A DNA stretch of 63,096 nt, filler included, from Sanchytrium tribonematis (taxonomy: Eukaryota), in NCBI GenBank assembly GCA_018985235.1. It is 28 parts of 28 records of this genome, joined end to end, with 100 filler letters (N's around TTAATTAATTAA, not from the genome) between each part and the next. Parts side by side here need not be neighbours in the genome. Positions count along the whole stretch, not along the records: positions 1 to 1,124 come from JADGIG010001409.1; positions 1,225 to 2,347 come from JADGIG010001410.1; positions 2,448 to 3,570 come from JADGIG010001411.1; positions 3,671 to 4,791 come from JADGIG010001412.1; positions 4,892 to 6,007 come from JADGIG010001413.1; positions 6,108 to 7,222 come from JADGIG010001414.1; positions 7,323 to 8,437 come from JADGIG010001415.1; positions 8,538 to 9,647 come from JADGIG010001416.1; 20 more parts are not named here. One strand, 5' to 3'. This document shows, piece by piece, positions 1 through 11,259 of this stretch. Position 1 is the stretch's first letter; each line of letters begins with the position of its first letter. Made by a program: the position numbers and the translations under genes. The notes under the pieces were generated by a model, which saw only the letters and a list, made by a program, of their open reading frames with translations, searched no databases and was not told the DNA's origin.

Positions 1-1124
1 AGAGGGGCAATTAATGCAAGAGCAGTTCTACAACAGTCTAATTATAACGATGAAACTATTTATGATGACGAAGTAACGTCAACTATTCCGGTAACTATCA
101 GAGGTGGATCACAATATATGAGGAAAATAAAAGGCAACATTTTTGCCTTTATTAAAACAATTGGAGTGCCAAGCTTGTATTTAACATTTAGTTGCGATGA
201 ATCCAATTGGTTTTCTTTGAGTTTATATCTAAAACAGTTTGGTACTATAGAAGACAATAATACATTACCAACACACATTCAAAATCCTTGGTTAACAAAT
301 CACTTTTGTTATGAAAGATTACAAGCAATGTGCAAATACATTAAAGATAATGGGTATTTAGGGTATGATGTTACACACTTTTTTCGAAGATTTGAGTTTC
401 AGCAAAGAGGAACTGTTCATGTTCAAACTCATTCATGCTCTACAAACTATTGCTTACGTAATGGAACTTGTAGATTTCATTTTCCTCAACCAGTTAGTAC
501 TTTATCACAATATGATGCCGAAAACGATGTTTTTGTAATTGCTCGATCTACTAACGAAGTCATGATAAATAACTATCACCCAGCATTTTTAAAAGCTTGG
601 AGAGGTAATATGGATGTCAAATTGGTTACGTCAGAAAACGTGGCATTTTATATTTCCAAATATATGACAAAAGATGAGCCTTTTTCCGTAGGCATCGATG
701 AAACTAATTATGCAAGACGATATTTGACGTATCGAGATATTTCTACGCATGAGGTAAGTCATTACACTATGGGCAACAACATTGCACAGTTTAGTACAAA
801 AGTTGTACCTATCCAATTGTGTTATACACTATTAGAGCAACGAACGTTACAACCAGTAAATAGAATAGCAGCACTTGATGACGAAGATGAAGATATATAT
901 TATGACAATGCAGTTGATCTATACTGTAAAAGGCATAACTCATTAGAAAATTTTTCCATAATTGAATATTTTCAACAACACAAAAAAGCGCCTAGAAGCT
1001 ATCGAGGTACCGTACTTTTGGATTATGACGGTCAGCGATGGCAAAAATGTAATACAGAACTAGTTGTTCGCTTGTTTCCTTACTACACTGAATGGGCAGG
1101 TGATAAATACTATGCCCAAATTAT
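1..1124 (+). mobile_element. Helitron RepHel fragment (Rep/HUH region), apparently with an internal deletion; truncated at both contig ends
   Basis: Frame open from base 1. Motifs IRGGSQY, GVPSLYLTFS, FEFQQRGTVH, CRFHFP, NNYHP, WRGNMDVK and YISKYMTK are typical of Helitron Rep domains. Confidence 0.9.
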
Positions 1125-1224
1125 NNNNNNNNNNNNNNNNNNNNNNNNNNNNNNNNNNNNNNNNNNNNTTAATTAATTAANNNNNNNNNNNNNNNNNNNN
1201 NNNNNNNNNNNNNNNNNNNNNNNN
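1125..1224. other. Artificial contig linker N44-TTAATTAATTAA-N44 (first of 27; others start at 2348, 3571, 4792, 6008, 7223, 8438, 9648, 10856, 26923, 28129, 29328, 30526, 31722, 32917, 34109, 35300, 36489, 37678, 38863, 54898, 56081, 57262, 58436, 59609, 60773, 61937)
   Basis: Identical 100-nt spacer with stops in all six frames; genes are cut at every occurrence. Confidence 0.99.
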
Positions 1225-2054
1225 AAAAATCCGTCACCTTAATTTGAGAAGGTTGTCTTGACATAAGGTCTGAGCGGACACCGGGATTAGAATGAATAAA
1301 TGAAATATCGTGCGACATGAACTAAATAAGTTTGAAATACAAGATCGTGCATAGTTTCTCGCGAGTCTATTTCAATATTTTCGAAAAATTTCAAGGTACT
1401 ATATGTCCATCTATCTATGACAGCTACTCCTATTTCATCGGAATTATCATAACTGTAACTATTTTCATCTTTCTCGCTAGACCCAGTACTTAAAACATTT
1501 GGAGAGTATATATATTTATACATCGTGTTTGCCTGACACGTGTCAATCATAAATAAAATTTCCTTATATCTTTTACGATCGAACATTTGAGCAAATGAAT
1601 CAGCAAGATCTTTTGACGTCAACTCCTCATAATCTTGAAATTTAAGAAAGCCGTCTCCACCGTGCCCGGTCAAATACACTAGTATTCTAGACTGATCGTC
1701 GGTTCTCAATTGTTTTGATATTGGCATGTTCTTAGTTCGACCTGTTAGAACTCTCAAAAAGTTATCAACATTCGCTTCATAACCTCGGTAGTCTACTTCG
1801 ACATCAGACCCATAAAGATTCGTTGATCGTTTGCCGTCATTATACACCGTACCTGGAAATGTATTCCTAGCATTGCAGCTAGAATCTTCTGCCAACATTA
1901 ATATAATCTGATTATCTGGAATACCCAACTTCTTAATTGTATGATAAATGCTAAGAGTGTTTGCTGTATGTCTGTAATTAAACCAAAATCGAGATGTACA
2001 TACCAATACAGCCCAATTATTGTGAGCCAAGAGGAGGGATAAAATAGATATCAT
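1225..2054 (-). CDS. GPI8: GPI-anchor transamidase catalytic subunit (peptidase C13), 3' partial, with a 19-nt intron at 1322-1340
   Basis: NNWAVLVCTSRFWFNYRH, TGHGGDGFLKFQD, DTCQA. After splicing it continues HDL|FMSHDISFIHSNPGVRSDLMSRQPSQIKVTDF, the expected downstream GPI8 segment. Confidence 0.97.
1322..1340 (-). other. 19-nt spliceosomal intron GTATTTCAAACTTATTTAG
   Basis: Removal restores the conserved GPI8 frame. Confidence 0.93.
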
Positions 2055-2155
2055 TTCTCCGAGTTTCTCAACAATTATAAAAACCTACAACATTTTGCAC
2101 ATGAAATTAATAATAATACTAGCGATCAATCCATTTGCTAATTTAAATCATTTAT

Positions 2156-2347
2156 TCATTTCTTCTTGACATTAAAATTACCAAAAGGATTGTTTGACAT
2201 ATTATCAGCAAAAGGATTTTGTGAAAATCCACCAGTCTGCATAGGCATTTGAGGAGTACCCTGTGTTGACAGCGAGGGATCTGCAAAAGGATTAGAAATA
2301 TTCTGCTGAGAAGGCTAAATAAGTTAAAAGTACCTGTGCTATATAAT
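2156..2347 (-). CDS. C-terminal fragment of an NPF-repeat endocytic adaptor (epsin/AP180-like tail), 19-nt intron at 2315-2333
   Basis: Not in the ORF track. Reads YIAQ|PSQQNISNPFADPSLSTQGTPQMPMQTGGFSQNPFADNMSNNPFGNFNVKKK*, with three NPF motifs. Confidence 0.65.
2315..2333 (-). other. 19-nt intron GTACTTTTAACTTATTTAG
   Basis: CAG|GT...AG; matches the window-wide consensus and joins onto the NPF frame. Confidence 0.8.
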
Positions 2348-2447
2348 NNNNNNNNNNNNNNNNNNNNNNNNNNNNNNNNNNNNNNNNNNNNTTAATTAAT
2401 TAANNNNNNNNNNNNNNNNNNNNNNNNNNNNNNNNNNNNNNNNNNNN

Positions 2448-3192
2448 CAGGAATTGCAACTTCAAGGCAATTATTTGAGTGGTCCATTTCCTATGTTTCC
2501 TGTTACTTTAAATAGCATTGTACTTGGTGATAAAGTCAAAGAAGGTAATTCATTTAATGACAAGTTGATTTTACAACAGCCGCTGTCAATTATTTTGGGA
2601 AATACAAATATTTATGATGTATTATTTCAAAACACGAGTTCATTAACAAATTGTGACTTGTCATTTAATCCGCTATTAAATAGTACCAATATTGGCAATT
2701 ATACAATGTGCAAACAATATTATTTGACTCCAAAAATAGGCAAATTACTAATTGGCTCTGCTGTTTCAAGTTTTACTACTAAATATACAACTATTTCAAG
2801 TTTTACAGCAATGTCTGTTGTCTCTACTATCAGTTCGTCTCCCACAACTACTGTAGAGCAAGATCATACATTAGAATTTACTGAAATTGACTCAAAATCA
2901 AGTAATTTACATTTATTTAGTTGTTACACGTATATTTTATAAAACCACCAGCAAAGTGTCAAATAATTCAGATTCAACTCTAAATAATGATTGGAATGAA
3001 TCATCAACATCCACAAACTCAATGACACTCTCTAAAATTCATTATAATGTCAAATTATTTGAAATTAATTGGAATTGGCAAATGATTACACGATTAGAAA
3101 TCAGTCTTTTACTGATTGTAAGTTTATTAACTCGTTTGACAGTTTTAAAAAGAAGAAAAACAACAAAAAAGCCTCAATCTTTCACAATTTAA
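2448..3192 (+). CDS. LRR cell-surface protein, C-terminal part (LRRs, Ser/Thr stalk, TM helix, basic tail), 19-nt intron at 2902-2920
   Basis: LQGNYLSGPFP, CDLSFNPL, S/T-rich linker, hydrophobic ISLLLIVSLL then KRRK. The two track ORFs join as DSKS-I-VTRIFY. Confidence 0.8.
2902..2920 (+). other. 19-nt intron GTAATTTACATTTATTTAG
   Basis: Joins ORFs 2454-2942 and 2887-3192 in frame; fits the consensus. Confidence 0.85.
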
Positions 3193-3204
3193 GTAAAATA
3201 TTGT

Positions 3205-3570
3205 TTATTCAGTACTAAAGATACATTGTCTACATCGCACATTTGACGAATTTGTTAAATAATATGTTTTTGGAGTCAATTCTACTTCACATAATTCACA
3301 TGTAAAATGCTGAGTATGGAATACAAATGCCTTGTCACGCATTGGAATTGAAATATATTCCCCTTCTTTAATATGAAACCCGCATCGCATGCATTTCAAA
3401 ATGCTCTCAAAATGTTCCTGGCAATAGCAATTCTCATTCATCAGCACATAATTCCTTCCAGCTATACTCTGCTGACATACTAAACATTTTCTACAATTTG
3501 TATGATATTTCTTGTTATTTATCGTCAAATACTCATTTTCAATCACATCTCCACAATAATCACACACCAT
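3205..3570 (-). CDS. Tandem LIM-domain protein (paxillin/PINCH-like), probably 5' partial
   Basis: Two LIM patterns: CDYC..H..C..C..C..C..H and CMRC..H..H..C..C..C..C. Confidence 0.85.
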   Translation of the reverse strand: MVCDYCGDVIENEYLTINNKKYHTNCRKCLVCQQSIAGRNYVLMNENCYCQEHFESILKCMRCGFHIKEGEYISIPMRDKAFVFHTQHFTCELCEVELTPKTYYLTNSSNVRCRQCIFSTE

Positions 3571-3800
3571 NNNNNNNNNNNNNNNNNNNNNNNNNNNNNN
3601 NNNNNNNNNNNNNNTTAATTAATTAANNNNNNNNNNNNNNNNNNNNNNNNNNNNNNNNNNNNNNNNNNNNCTTTTCGGTTCTATCTAATATTAGAATTAA
3701 TGCCAAATGTTTACATTAATCATACTATTTATATAAATAAGATTGCCATTTACAACCAAATTAATTTTTTGACATTAAAATCTTTGTTAAGAAAAATTTA

Positions 3801-3947
3801 TGGCATCAAAGTGCTTAAAAACATTTCCGGTAAAGCATTGTTTTGCAAGTTCGTATGGTATAAATTTAGGTTCTGGCATCAAAGTGCTTAAAAACATTTC
3901 CCGGTAAAGCATTGTTTTGCAAGTTCGTATGGTATAAATTTAGGTTC
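3801..3947. repeat. Tandem duplication, 73 and 74 bp units
   Basis: TGGCATCAAAGTGC...AATTTAGGTTC occurs twice, differing by one extra C. Confidence 0.95.
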
Positions 3948-4192
3948 TGGTAATTTATCTGCACTAATGGCAACAATTTTCCATCTTGGAATCGATATAC
4001 TATATCTACCTTCGAGTCAATATATCAGGAATAATTTTATCATATAAGTGAATAAAATCACCTTTTTAACAACACTTAAAGTTTTTACATTTTTTTAATA
4101 CATTGGATATAAAACAAAATTATCTTATTTTTGTAAAGCTAACAGAAACAAGCAATCAAGAAAAATAGGTATCATATTTGATCATTAGGAAT

Positions 4193-4540
4193 TTATTTCT
4201 TCGAAATTGCACTACTTGTCGATGACTCAATTTCTTTTTTCTTACTGAAGTAATGGTAATCCAAATATCTGTAACCTTGAACCAGTTGAGCAATTTCGTT
4301 TGTAAAGTGACACGCAAATAAAAGATTGTTTCTAGGTTGAACTTTAATAGCAAATCTCATAAATAGTACCGAATATGCAGCTAATGCTATTGTCATGTTT
4401 CCACTAATAAATTCTGGTGATTTTTGAGTATCTGCAATAGCAGCTAACGGAAGACCCCAATTGAATACTGGACCCCAGAAATGAGTTGAGGTCAGATACT
4501 TTCTAGTCTCCGGAGATTTGAGGGCAGAGAATATTGACAT
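4193..4540 (-). CDS. MPC1: Mitochondrial pyruvate carrier 1
   Basis: [41 protein letters not shown]. Confidence 0.95.
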   Translation of the reverse strand: MSIFSALKSPETRKYLTSTHFWGPVFNWGLPLAAIADTQKSPEFISGNMTIALAAYSVLFMRFAIKVQPRNNLLFACHFTNEIAQLVQGYRYLDYHYFSKKKEIESSTSSAISKK

Positions 4541-4891
4541 GTGTGTCAAAAAATTCTCAGCAAATTGGATGACACGACATTAAGATTTCAATGCAAGCGA
4601 ACTTATTTTAATTGACTCATGCAAGTAGCAAACAATAAGGACTAGACATATTGGTTTACAAATCCAAGATTAACGTTGCTGTAATGGACCATTATCAGGT
4701 AAATTCATCATCATTTGCAGTCCAGTGTTAATAGAAAGGTGGTAGTGGATGGATTGGTCCAACAAATGGTCGCATTTTCCTTCATTCGAAGNNNNNNNNN
4801 NNNNNNNNNNNNNNNNNNNNNNNNNNNNNNNNNNNTTAATTAATTAANNNNNNNNNNNNNNNNNNNNNNNNNNNNNNNNNNNNNNNNNNNN

Positions 4892-5424
4892 CTACCTTGA
4901 TCTGTTAATAATTCTTTAAACATGCCTCTGAAATGTCGATTAATGTAACAAATGGGTTCATTTTTGGCATTTTTGATGACAAAATCCCATGACCAAAATG
5001 GCGCATCAATTCTACCAAATTGGGTAAATGATTGTGATGTGGCATGAAATAAGTCATATCTACGACGAATAGGGTGCCAATGTGAGTTTACTTTACCTAT
5101 TTCTGATGTATTTTCAGTAATTGTGATTTTTGAATTGATAAATGAAAAGGGTCGTTGCATTTGATATTGGGTGTCATTTAATAGATAATTAAGTTGAAAA
5201 GGTCTGGTTAATCGTGTGAATTGTCTGAATATGTGTCTGGATAGTCCATCTTGCTCATAAATTTCACCTATAAATTGATTTTCATCAAATAAATGGTAAA
5301 TATGAGCTTGTTCTACATGTGCTATTAAATTAAATACTTCAAATTGGCGTATTAAATGTATTTTAGGGACATTCAATGGATGATTTGATTTGAATTTTGA
5401 TAGATTTGGAAGGATTCTCGGCAT
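4892..5424 (-). CDS. Phospholipid scramblase family protein (AIM25-like), 3' partial
   Basis: RQF...RPF, RPFSFINS, WHPIRRRYDLF, QFGRIDAPFWSWDF, ELLTD. Confidence 0.9.
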
Positions 5425-5454
5425 TGTTTGAAAAATAAATTATTAAATAATTTA

Positions 5455-6007
5455 TTACGTAATTCTATTATATGGCCATTTATCATGATAATATTTATCA
5501 TATTCATCAAATGCTCTACCGTGTAAATATTGTAAATATCCACAAAAACCAATCATCCCCGCATTATCTGTCAAATATTGTGGATCTGGAATCACAACTG
5601 GCAATCGATACTCATTTCCAATATCCATTAATAGTTGCTGTAGTGCTGGATTCATCATGGCTCCTCCAGCAGCATATAATCCAGTAATTCGTTCATTTTT
5701 AATAATTTTAAGAATTTGTTTTCTTACATGAAATAATGCAGATTCTTGAAATAAACACATTAGATCCAGATCATTATATAATTGAGATTGCTTCATTCGT
5801 GTAATGGCCGATTTCAATCCAGAAAATGAGAAATCGTGACTCTTTGAATGTTTCATGATATTGATTTTTGGCAAATTGGAGGGTCTATTGAGTATAAGTT
5901 GGCACATTTTAGGTGTTGTTGTATTAAAGAGTCTACTCATTTTATCATATGCTTCACCAATGGCATCATCTAAACAATTTGCTTTAATTTCATAATTTAA
6001 TGGAGAA
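5455..6007 (-). CDS. QRI7: t6A synthase, Kae1/Qri7/TsaD family (probably mitochondrial), 5' partial
   Basis: DDAIGEAYDK upstream of the track start, DFSFSGLKSA, AGGAMMN, TDNAGMIG. Confidence 0.85.
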
Positions 6008-6107
6008 NNNNNNNNNNNNNNNNNNNNNNNNNNNNNNNNNNNNNNNNNNNNTTAATTAATTAANNNNNNNNNNNNNNNNNNNNNNNNNNNNNNNNNNNNN
6101 NNNNNNN

Positions 6108-7222
6108 TCAATGATAATCTATCATATGCTGCTTTCCAGTCAGACTCAGCAACGAGTGAATTCCATTCCGGAATGAGATTTCCGATAGGGCAGCCAAAGT
6201 CCGATTGACAAAAGGGTGTTCCACAATCCATGCATCGTTTGGCCTGCTTAAGGAGTCTCTTTTCTGGCAGCCTTTTAGTTATTTCTTTAAAGCTATTGAC
6301 TCGCATTTTAGGATCGATCTTGTGATCCTTTTCGGCCTCAAAGACTTTAAATCCTTGGTTCTTTGAAATGTCCTCCATGTCCATCATGGATATTCCAGAA
6401 TCATGAGAAGAACTGAGTTTAATAGGTTGATTCATTTTCTTCATGTCTTTTGGAAATAATTTCACAAAACTATCTAGGCTGTTAAGATAACGTTTTGCTA
6501 AATTTGACTGAGTGTGCAAGATGTGCTGCTCCAGCAAATCCTTTAGGGCAACTTGATCTTGAAAATCGATATCTTCAACATCCACAGTTTTAAGATTGAC
6601 GGACTCTATTTCTGATTTCAGTATATAGGCTGTACCACCAGTCATCCCACTTGCAATATTGATTCCAGTTTTACCCAAACAAACAATCATTCCATTAGTC
6701 ATATATTCTAAGCCATGATCACCCATTCCTTCTACCACTGCGTATGCTCCCGAGTTTCTAATCGCAAATCTTTCGCCTACATGACCTCCAACGAATAAGT
6801 TTCCTTTTGTAGCGCCATATAAACAGACGTTACCGCAAAGCAAGTCATTCGTATCTCCTTTAATGATAATTGTGCCGCCACTAAGTCCCTTTCCTACATA
6901 ATCATTACAAGCACCAGTCAACTTTAGTGTAATGTTGGATTGACAAAAGGCGCCAAAGCTTTGCCCTGCATACCCGGTTCCATTTAAATTAATCAAGCCT
7001 TTACATTTATGTTTGCTAATTAAATAAGACCAATATGTTCCTATGGCTCTATCGCAATTTCTTATCTGAACATCAAATTCCACATCTTTGTTGTTAAAAA
7101 TAGCATCATGAACGTAATCAAAGTTCTTAAAATCAAATCTTGATTCTAACTTATGGTTTTGATGCTGCGCTTGATACGGAACATGTAGTATAGGTAGAAT
7201 CTTTTGTATGTCAAGCTTGGAT
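6108..7222 (-). CDS. GLT1: NADH-dependent glutamate synthase, internal fragment spanning the fused alpha/beta junction
   Basis: GXGXG domain ([36 protein letters not shown]) followed in frame by [23 protein letters not shown]. Confidence 0.96.
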
Positions 7223-7322
7223 NNNNNNNNNNNNNNNNNNNNNNNNNNNNNNNNNNNNNNNNNNNNTTAATTAATTAANNNNNNNNNNNNNNNNNNNNNN
7301 NNNNNNNNNNNNNNNNNNNNNN

Positions 7323-8437
7323 TTTATATTTTTTGTTCAACGAAGCGTGTTCTTGCTTTACCAAATTTACTTGATTTTGCAAACTCATTAACTTAATTTG
7401 AACTTGATTTTTTTCGTTTGACTTCTGAAGTTCCAGAGCTTCCACTTTAGCAACTTCTTGTCCTAGTTTTATATTTAAGGTATCCTTTTCGATGGAAAGC
7501 CGATTATTTTCTTTTTCCAACCGAGAAAGGTTGCTATCATACAGCGGTGGCGATTTTTCTGCTTCCTTTACACCGCTTTCTTTTTTAATTTTTCGGAGAT
7601 GGTTATTTTCATCAATATAAGCGGTGCACCTCAGGCTCAATCGTTCCAAATCAAGTTCGAGAGACGCCTTTTCCTTTTCCAGTGAAAGTATTTGATTAGT
7701 CAATAATTGTCTTTCCTTATCAAATTCGGCTCCCACTTTTCTGATAATTTGATCGTGATTTCTCATTTCCGCCGACAGTTTTTCGGTCAAATTCAGGATT
7801 TTCTTGTTAAAAATATCAACTTCCTCTTGTTTTCTTGCATCTTGATGAGAAGCTTTCAAGACTGAAATTTCATCAAGCAGTTTTTGCCTTTCAATTTCAA
7901 AAGAAAATATTTGTGGATTCAGAACCTTTGGAACAGCCTTGAGATCTTTTAGCAGGCTGATAATGAGTTTGTCATGCGTTTGTTGATTATTTTCAAACCG
8001 ATATTGCATTTTATTTGAGTCTAAATTTTTATAAATATGTTGAATGTCATCTACGGGCAGATCGTTTCCCTCAATTTTTAACTCCAAGATGTTTTTATTT
8101 CTATTCGTTAAATTTACCAAAGATTTTGATGTCAAAAGACCCACAATATTCCATCTCAAATCCATATATTTTAAAAAGTTATTACAATATAAAGACTCGC
8201 ATAAAACTTTCGCGCCTTCGCTGGTTATTTGATTGTTTCTCAAATCTATATATTTGACTTTGTTGTTTTTACCTAACCCAAAACAAAACAATTTAAACTC
8301 ATCTTCATATACTCCCAGATTATTTAATTCTAAAATAAGATTCTCTATTGAGCTATTTACGTTGAGCATGTCACCCAAATATTGGCAAGATTGTGCTTCC
8401 AAAAAATTACCTGACAAATTTAGCTTTTGCAACACAT
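7323..8437 (-). CDS. RNI-type LRR plus coiled-coil protein (LRRC45-like), partial
   Basis: LILELNNLG, IDLRNNQI, MDLRWNIVG, then a long coiled coil. Confidence 0.7.
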
Positions 8438-8749
8438 NNNNNNNNNNNNNNNNNNNNNNNNNNNNNNNNNNNNNNNNNNNNTTAATTAATTAANNNNNNN
8501 NNNNNNNNNNNNNNNNNNNNNNNNNNNNNNNNNNNNNTGTCTGACCAGTCTTTCCAATCCATCCTCTGTCTCTTTATTGGCACTATCTGGCTTGCTTTCA
8601 TTAGCTCTGGAGATCAAATCGGAGTTGATATCCGACCCAAAGGACTCATTTGTTACCATAATATGCTCAAGAAAAATGAAAGAAAGAAAAAATTTATCAG
8701 GGGATTTTGAAAATAGAGCAGCATCTCATAAACACCCGGCTGTGCATTA

Positions 8750-9647
8750 AAATAAATACATTGTATTCATAAACGCGGCAACATTTTTTGTAAAAGTTCG
8801 CATTTGAAAAGAATTTAAATTCAGAAAATCCAAATGTTTTTCACCATACCAAAAGCTAGTGGGCCTTTTATTGGAAATTCTACTGGAAGAAAATAAACGT
8901 AAATTTGGAATGCTGGGATTGATTTAACCAGCAAGGGAATCTGCTAACTCATTAAATTCATGTCCAGCATGCCCTTTTACCCACTTATATTGAAGCGAAA
9001 CACCTTTGTGTTTTAGTCAATATAATTCCTTAATTACAATATGAGACAAAGAGGATTTAGAGGGATCGTAATTGTCCCAAATATTTTGACAAATTCTAAG
9101 ACTTGACCCATTGTCACAATAGATAGTAAAATCATTAAATTCGGGTTGATATAAAGCTTCTCTGAGGCACATTTTGATGCCGTACAACTCGATCTCTGTG
9201 GAACATGGAGTTACATCTTCAGTAAAATTTGTAAATCTGAATTGAAATCGACACTCAGATCTTTTTGAATCTGGTGGAACAGTGCCAATGCCAATCCCAA
9301 TATGATTTTGATTTAATTTAATAGATGCATCAGTAAAATAGGAGAATGAAGGGGTTGGAGAATATTGAATAATTTCAGGAATAGTTTGAGTGGTTGTATG
9401 TGGCTTATTAGCGACACTTGGATTTAAATTAGTAAACATATTTCTTGTAGATTGATAGCAATCAAACTTTGCCTTTAAATAAGCATGATCTTGCTTGCAA
9501 ATTTTGCACAAAACATTTTTTGCACGTGTTTTCTTGAATTATTCGAAGAATGTTAGTTGTAATTAATGCATAATTAAATCTAAAAGCCCCAGGTGGTTTT
9601 GGAGGGAAGAGATCGTTGCAAATTAAGCCATCTCTCCATGCCATATG
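8750..9647 (-). mobile_element. Degenerate retrotransposon RNase H region (probably non-LTR); left boundary approximate
   Basis: YFTDAS, EIELYGI, IYCDN, then an in-frame TGA at 9017-9019, KWVKGHAGHEFNELADSLA and a TAA at 8924-8926. Frameshift near 9510. Confidence 0.8.
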
Positions 9648-9747
9648 NNNNNNNNNNNNNNNNNNNNNNNNNNNNNNNNNNNNNNNNNNNNTTAATTAAT
9701 TAANNNNNNNNNNNNNNNNNNNNNNNNNNNNNNNNNNNNNNNNNNNN

Positions 9748-10020
9748 GATGCGCTTATTAATGATTCTCACTGGATATTCTGAATTTTCATCATCTGAGA
9801 CAGGATCCGATAAATCAATCTCGGGAGTAGATTGACTGGTTATTTTGATCTTGGAGGGTGCTGGACTCACTGGAGAAATGGTATTTGTCATTAATTCACC
9901 CACTTGAGGGATTTGAGTGACATTATTTCTTTGATGGTTCAATAAATCCTTTAATTTACGTGTTTTCAACTTTTCAAACTGTTTCTTCTTCTTTAATACC
10001 TTTGTTTTCTTGCTATTCAT
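9748..10020 (-). CDS. Hypothetical protein, N-terminal fragment (Lys-rich start)
   Basis: ATG 13 nt after the upstream stop; open to the contig end. Confidence 0.55.
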
Positions 10021-10033
10021 GATTTGATTGACC

Positions 10034-10762
10034 CTAAATGAATGAGAAATACATCGTTTTTAATTCTAGCTCAATTTGATTATACAGGGCTTCTTTATTA
10101 CTTTCTTTAAGGAATTTAATGAATTTTCGACTGCCTAATTGTTCGTATTTCTCTTTTAATATGGGCACCAATAGATTTTTAGTCAATTTTAAAACACCTC
10201 GTTTATCTCCTAAAGAAGTATCACAAATAGAAAATGGGACAGTCATGAGTCTATTCTGCTGTATAAATAACTGCTTGAGACATTTTAAAAGTCCAATTTT
10301 GGCTGGTATTTCTTTAATCAAATTATTTCTTAAACTGATAACTTCTAACAATTTCATTTCAAATAACTCATCAGGGAATTCACGAATGAAATTATCACTA
10401 GCACGTAGTACTCTTAAATTGATGAGATCTGGCAGACGAGTTGATAAGCAATTGAGTCTATTTCCACTTATATCGAGTACTTTTAATGATTTACACATTA
10501 AGACGCCAGCAGGGAATGCATTTAATCTATTATTACTTAAATCACATGTTGTTAGATATCTATATTTGGTAAATGCTGGGATATATTGGATTTTGTTGAT
10601 GCTGGAATGTAAATGACGCGCGTTTTGACACGCTAATAATTCTTCAGGGAATTCTTGAAATTGATTTCTACTTATGACTAATATTTCTACATCTCTTTGT
10701 CCTATTTCTTTCGATTTATTCAAATCTTTAATTATTTTTGGTTTCACGTCGAGTTTTGACAT
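10034..10762 (-). CDS. LRR protein, Ras suppressor RSU1-like
   Basis: About 7 LRRs (DLSNNRL, DISGNRL, SLRNNLI). Size and both capping segments resemble RSU1. Confidence 0.7.
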   Translation of the reverse strand: MSKLDVKPKIIKDLNKSKEIGQRDVEILVISRNQFQEFPEELLACQNARHLHSSINKIQYIPAFTKYRYLTTCDLSNNRLNAFPAGVLMCKSLKVLDISGNRLNCLSTRLPDLINLRVLRASDNFIREFPDELFEMKLLEVISLRNNLIKEIPAKIGLLKCLKQLFIQQNRLMTVPFSICDTSLGDKRGVLKLTKNLLVPILKEKYEQLGSRKFIKFLKESNKEALYNQIELELKTMYFSFI

Positions 10763-11016
10763 TTTTACGTCAAGCCACAAAATATTTGACAATTAAAGAG
10801 TTGATCAATAAGACACGGACAGTCAAATCATCCATTCAAAGTGTCAAAGATCGCGNNNNNNNNNNNNNNNNNNNNNNNNNNNNNNNNNNNNNNNNNNNNT
10901 TAATTAATTAANNNNNNNNNNNNNNNNNNNNNNNNNNNNNNNNNNNNNNNNNNNNATCATTTACACATCCAAAAACTAGACAATAGTATATAAGCTTACA
11001 GATTCCAATTCAATCA

Positions 11017-11145
11017 ATGGCATTCAGCAACAACACTTCATTGCAACCATCTACTTTCTCCTTCAGAGACAATTATGGAAATATTGACATCTCGTCAATT
11101 TTGGGTGGATTTTCAACTCAGTCATTATCAACATTTTTTCCATAA
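11017..11145 (+). CDS. 42-aa micropeptide, copy A: MAFSNNTSLQPSTFSFRDNYGNIDISSILGGFSTQSLSTFFP
   Basis: TATATAAG about 30 nt upstream; stop inside TAAATAAA; CDS identical to 20459-20587 and paralogous to 19435-19563. Confidence 0.85.
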   Translation: MAFSNNTSLQPSTFSFRDNYGNIDISSILGGFSTQSLSTFFP

Positions 11146-11259
11146 ATAAATGATTTGGTTAAAACAATATGAAATCTAACACGATATTCTTTCAAAACGA
11201 TGATATTTTACCAAGACGGAATTTTCTCCACAGTTTTACATTTTTCGGCAATTCTTGAA

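Noticed and set aside
3700..3891. 63-aa ORF over the 73-bp tandem duplication
   Set aside because: No recognisable protein features; AT-rich; the repeat may be an assembly artefact.
10119..10616. Antisense ORFs in the track (for example 10119-10616, 17414-17749, 34532-34903, 39935-40183)
   Set aside because: Shadow frames opposite well-supported genes.
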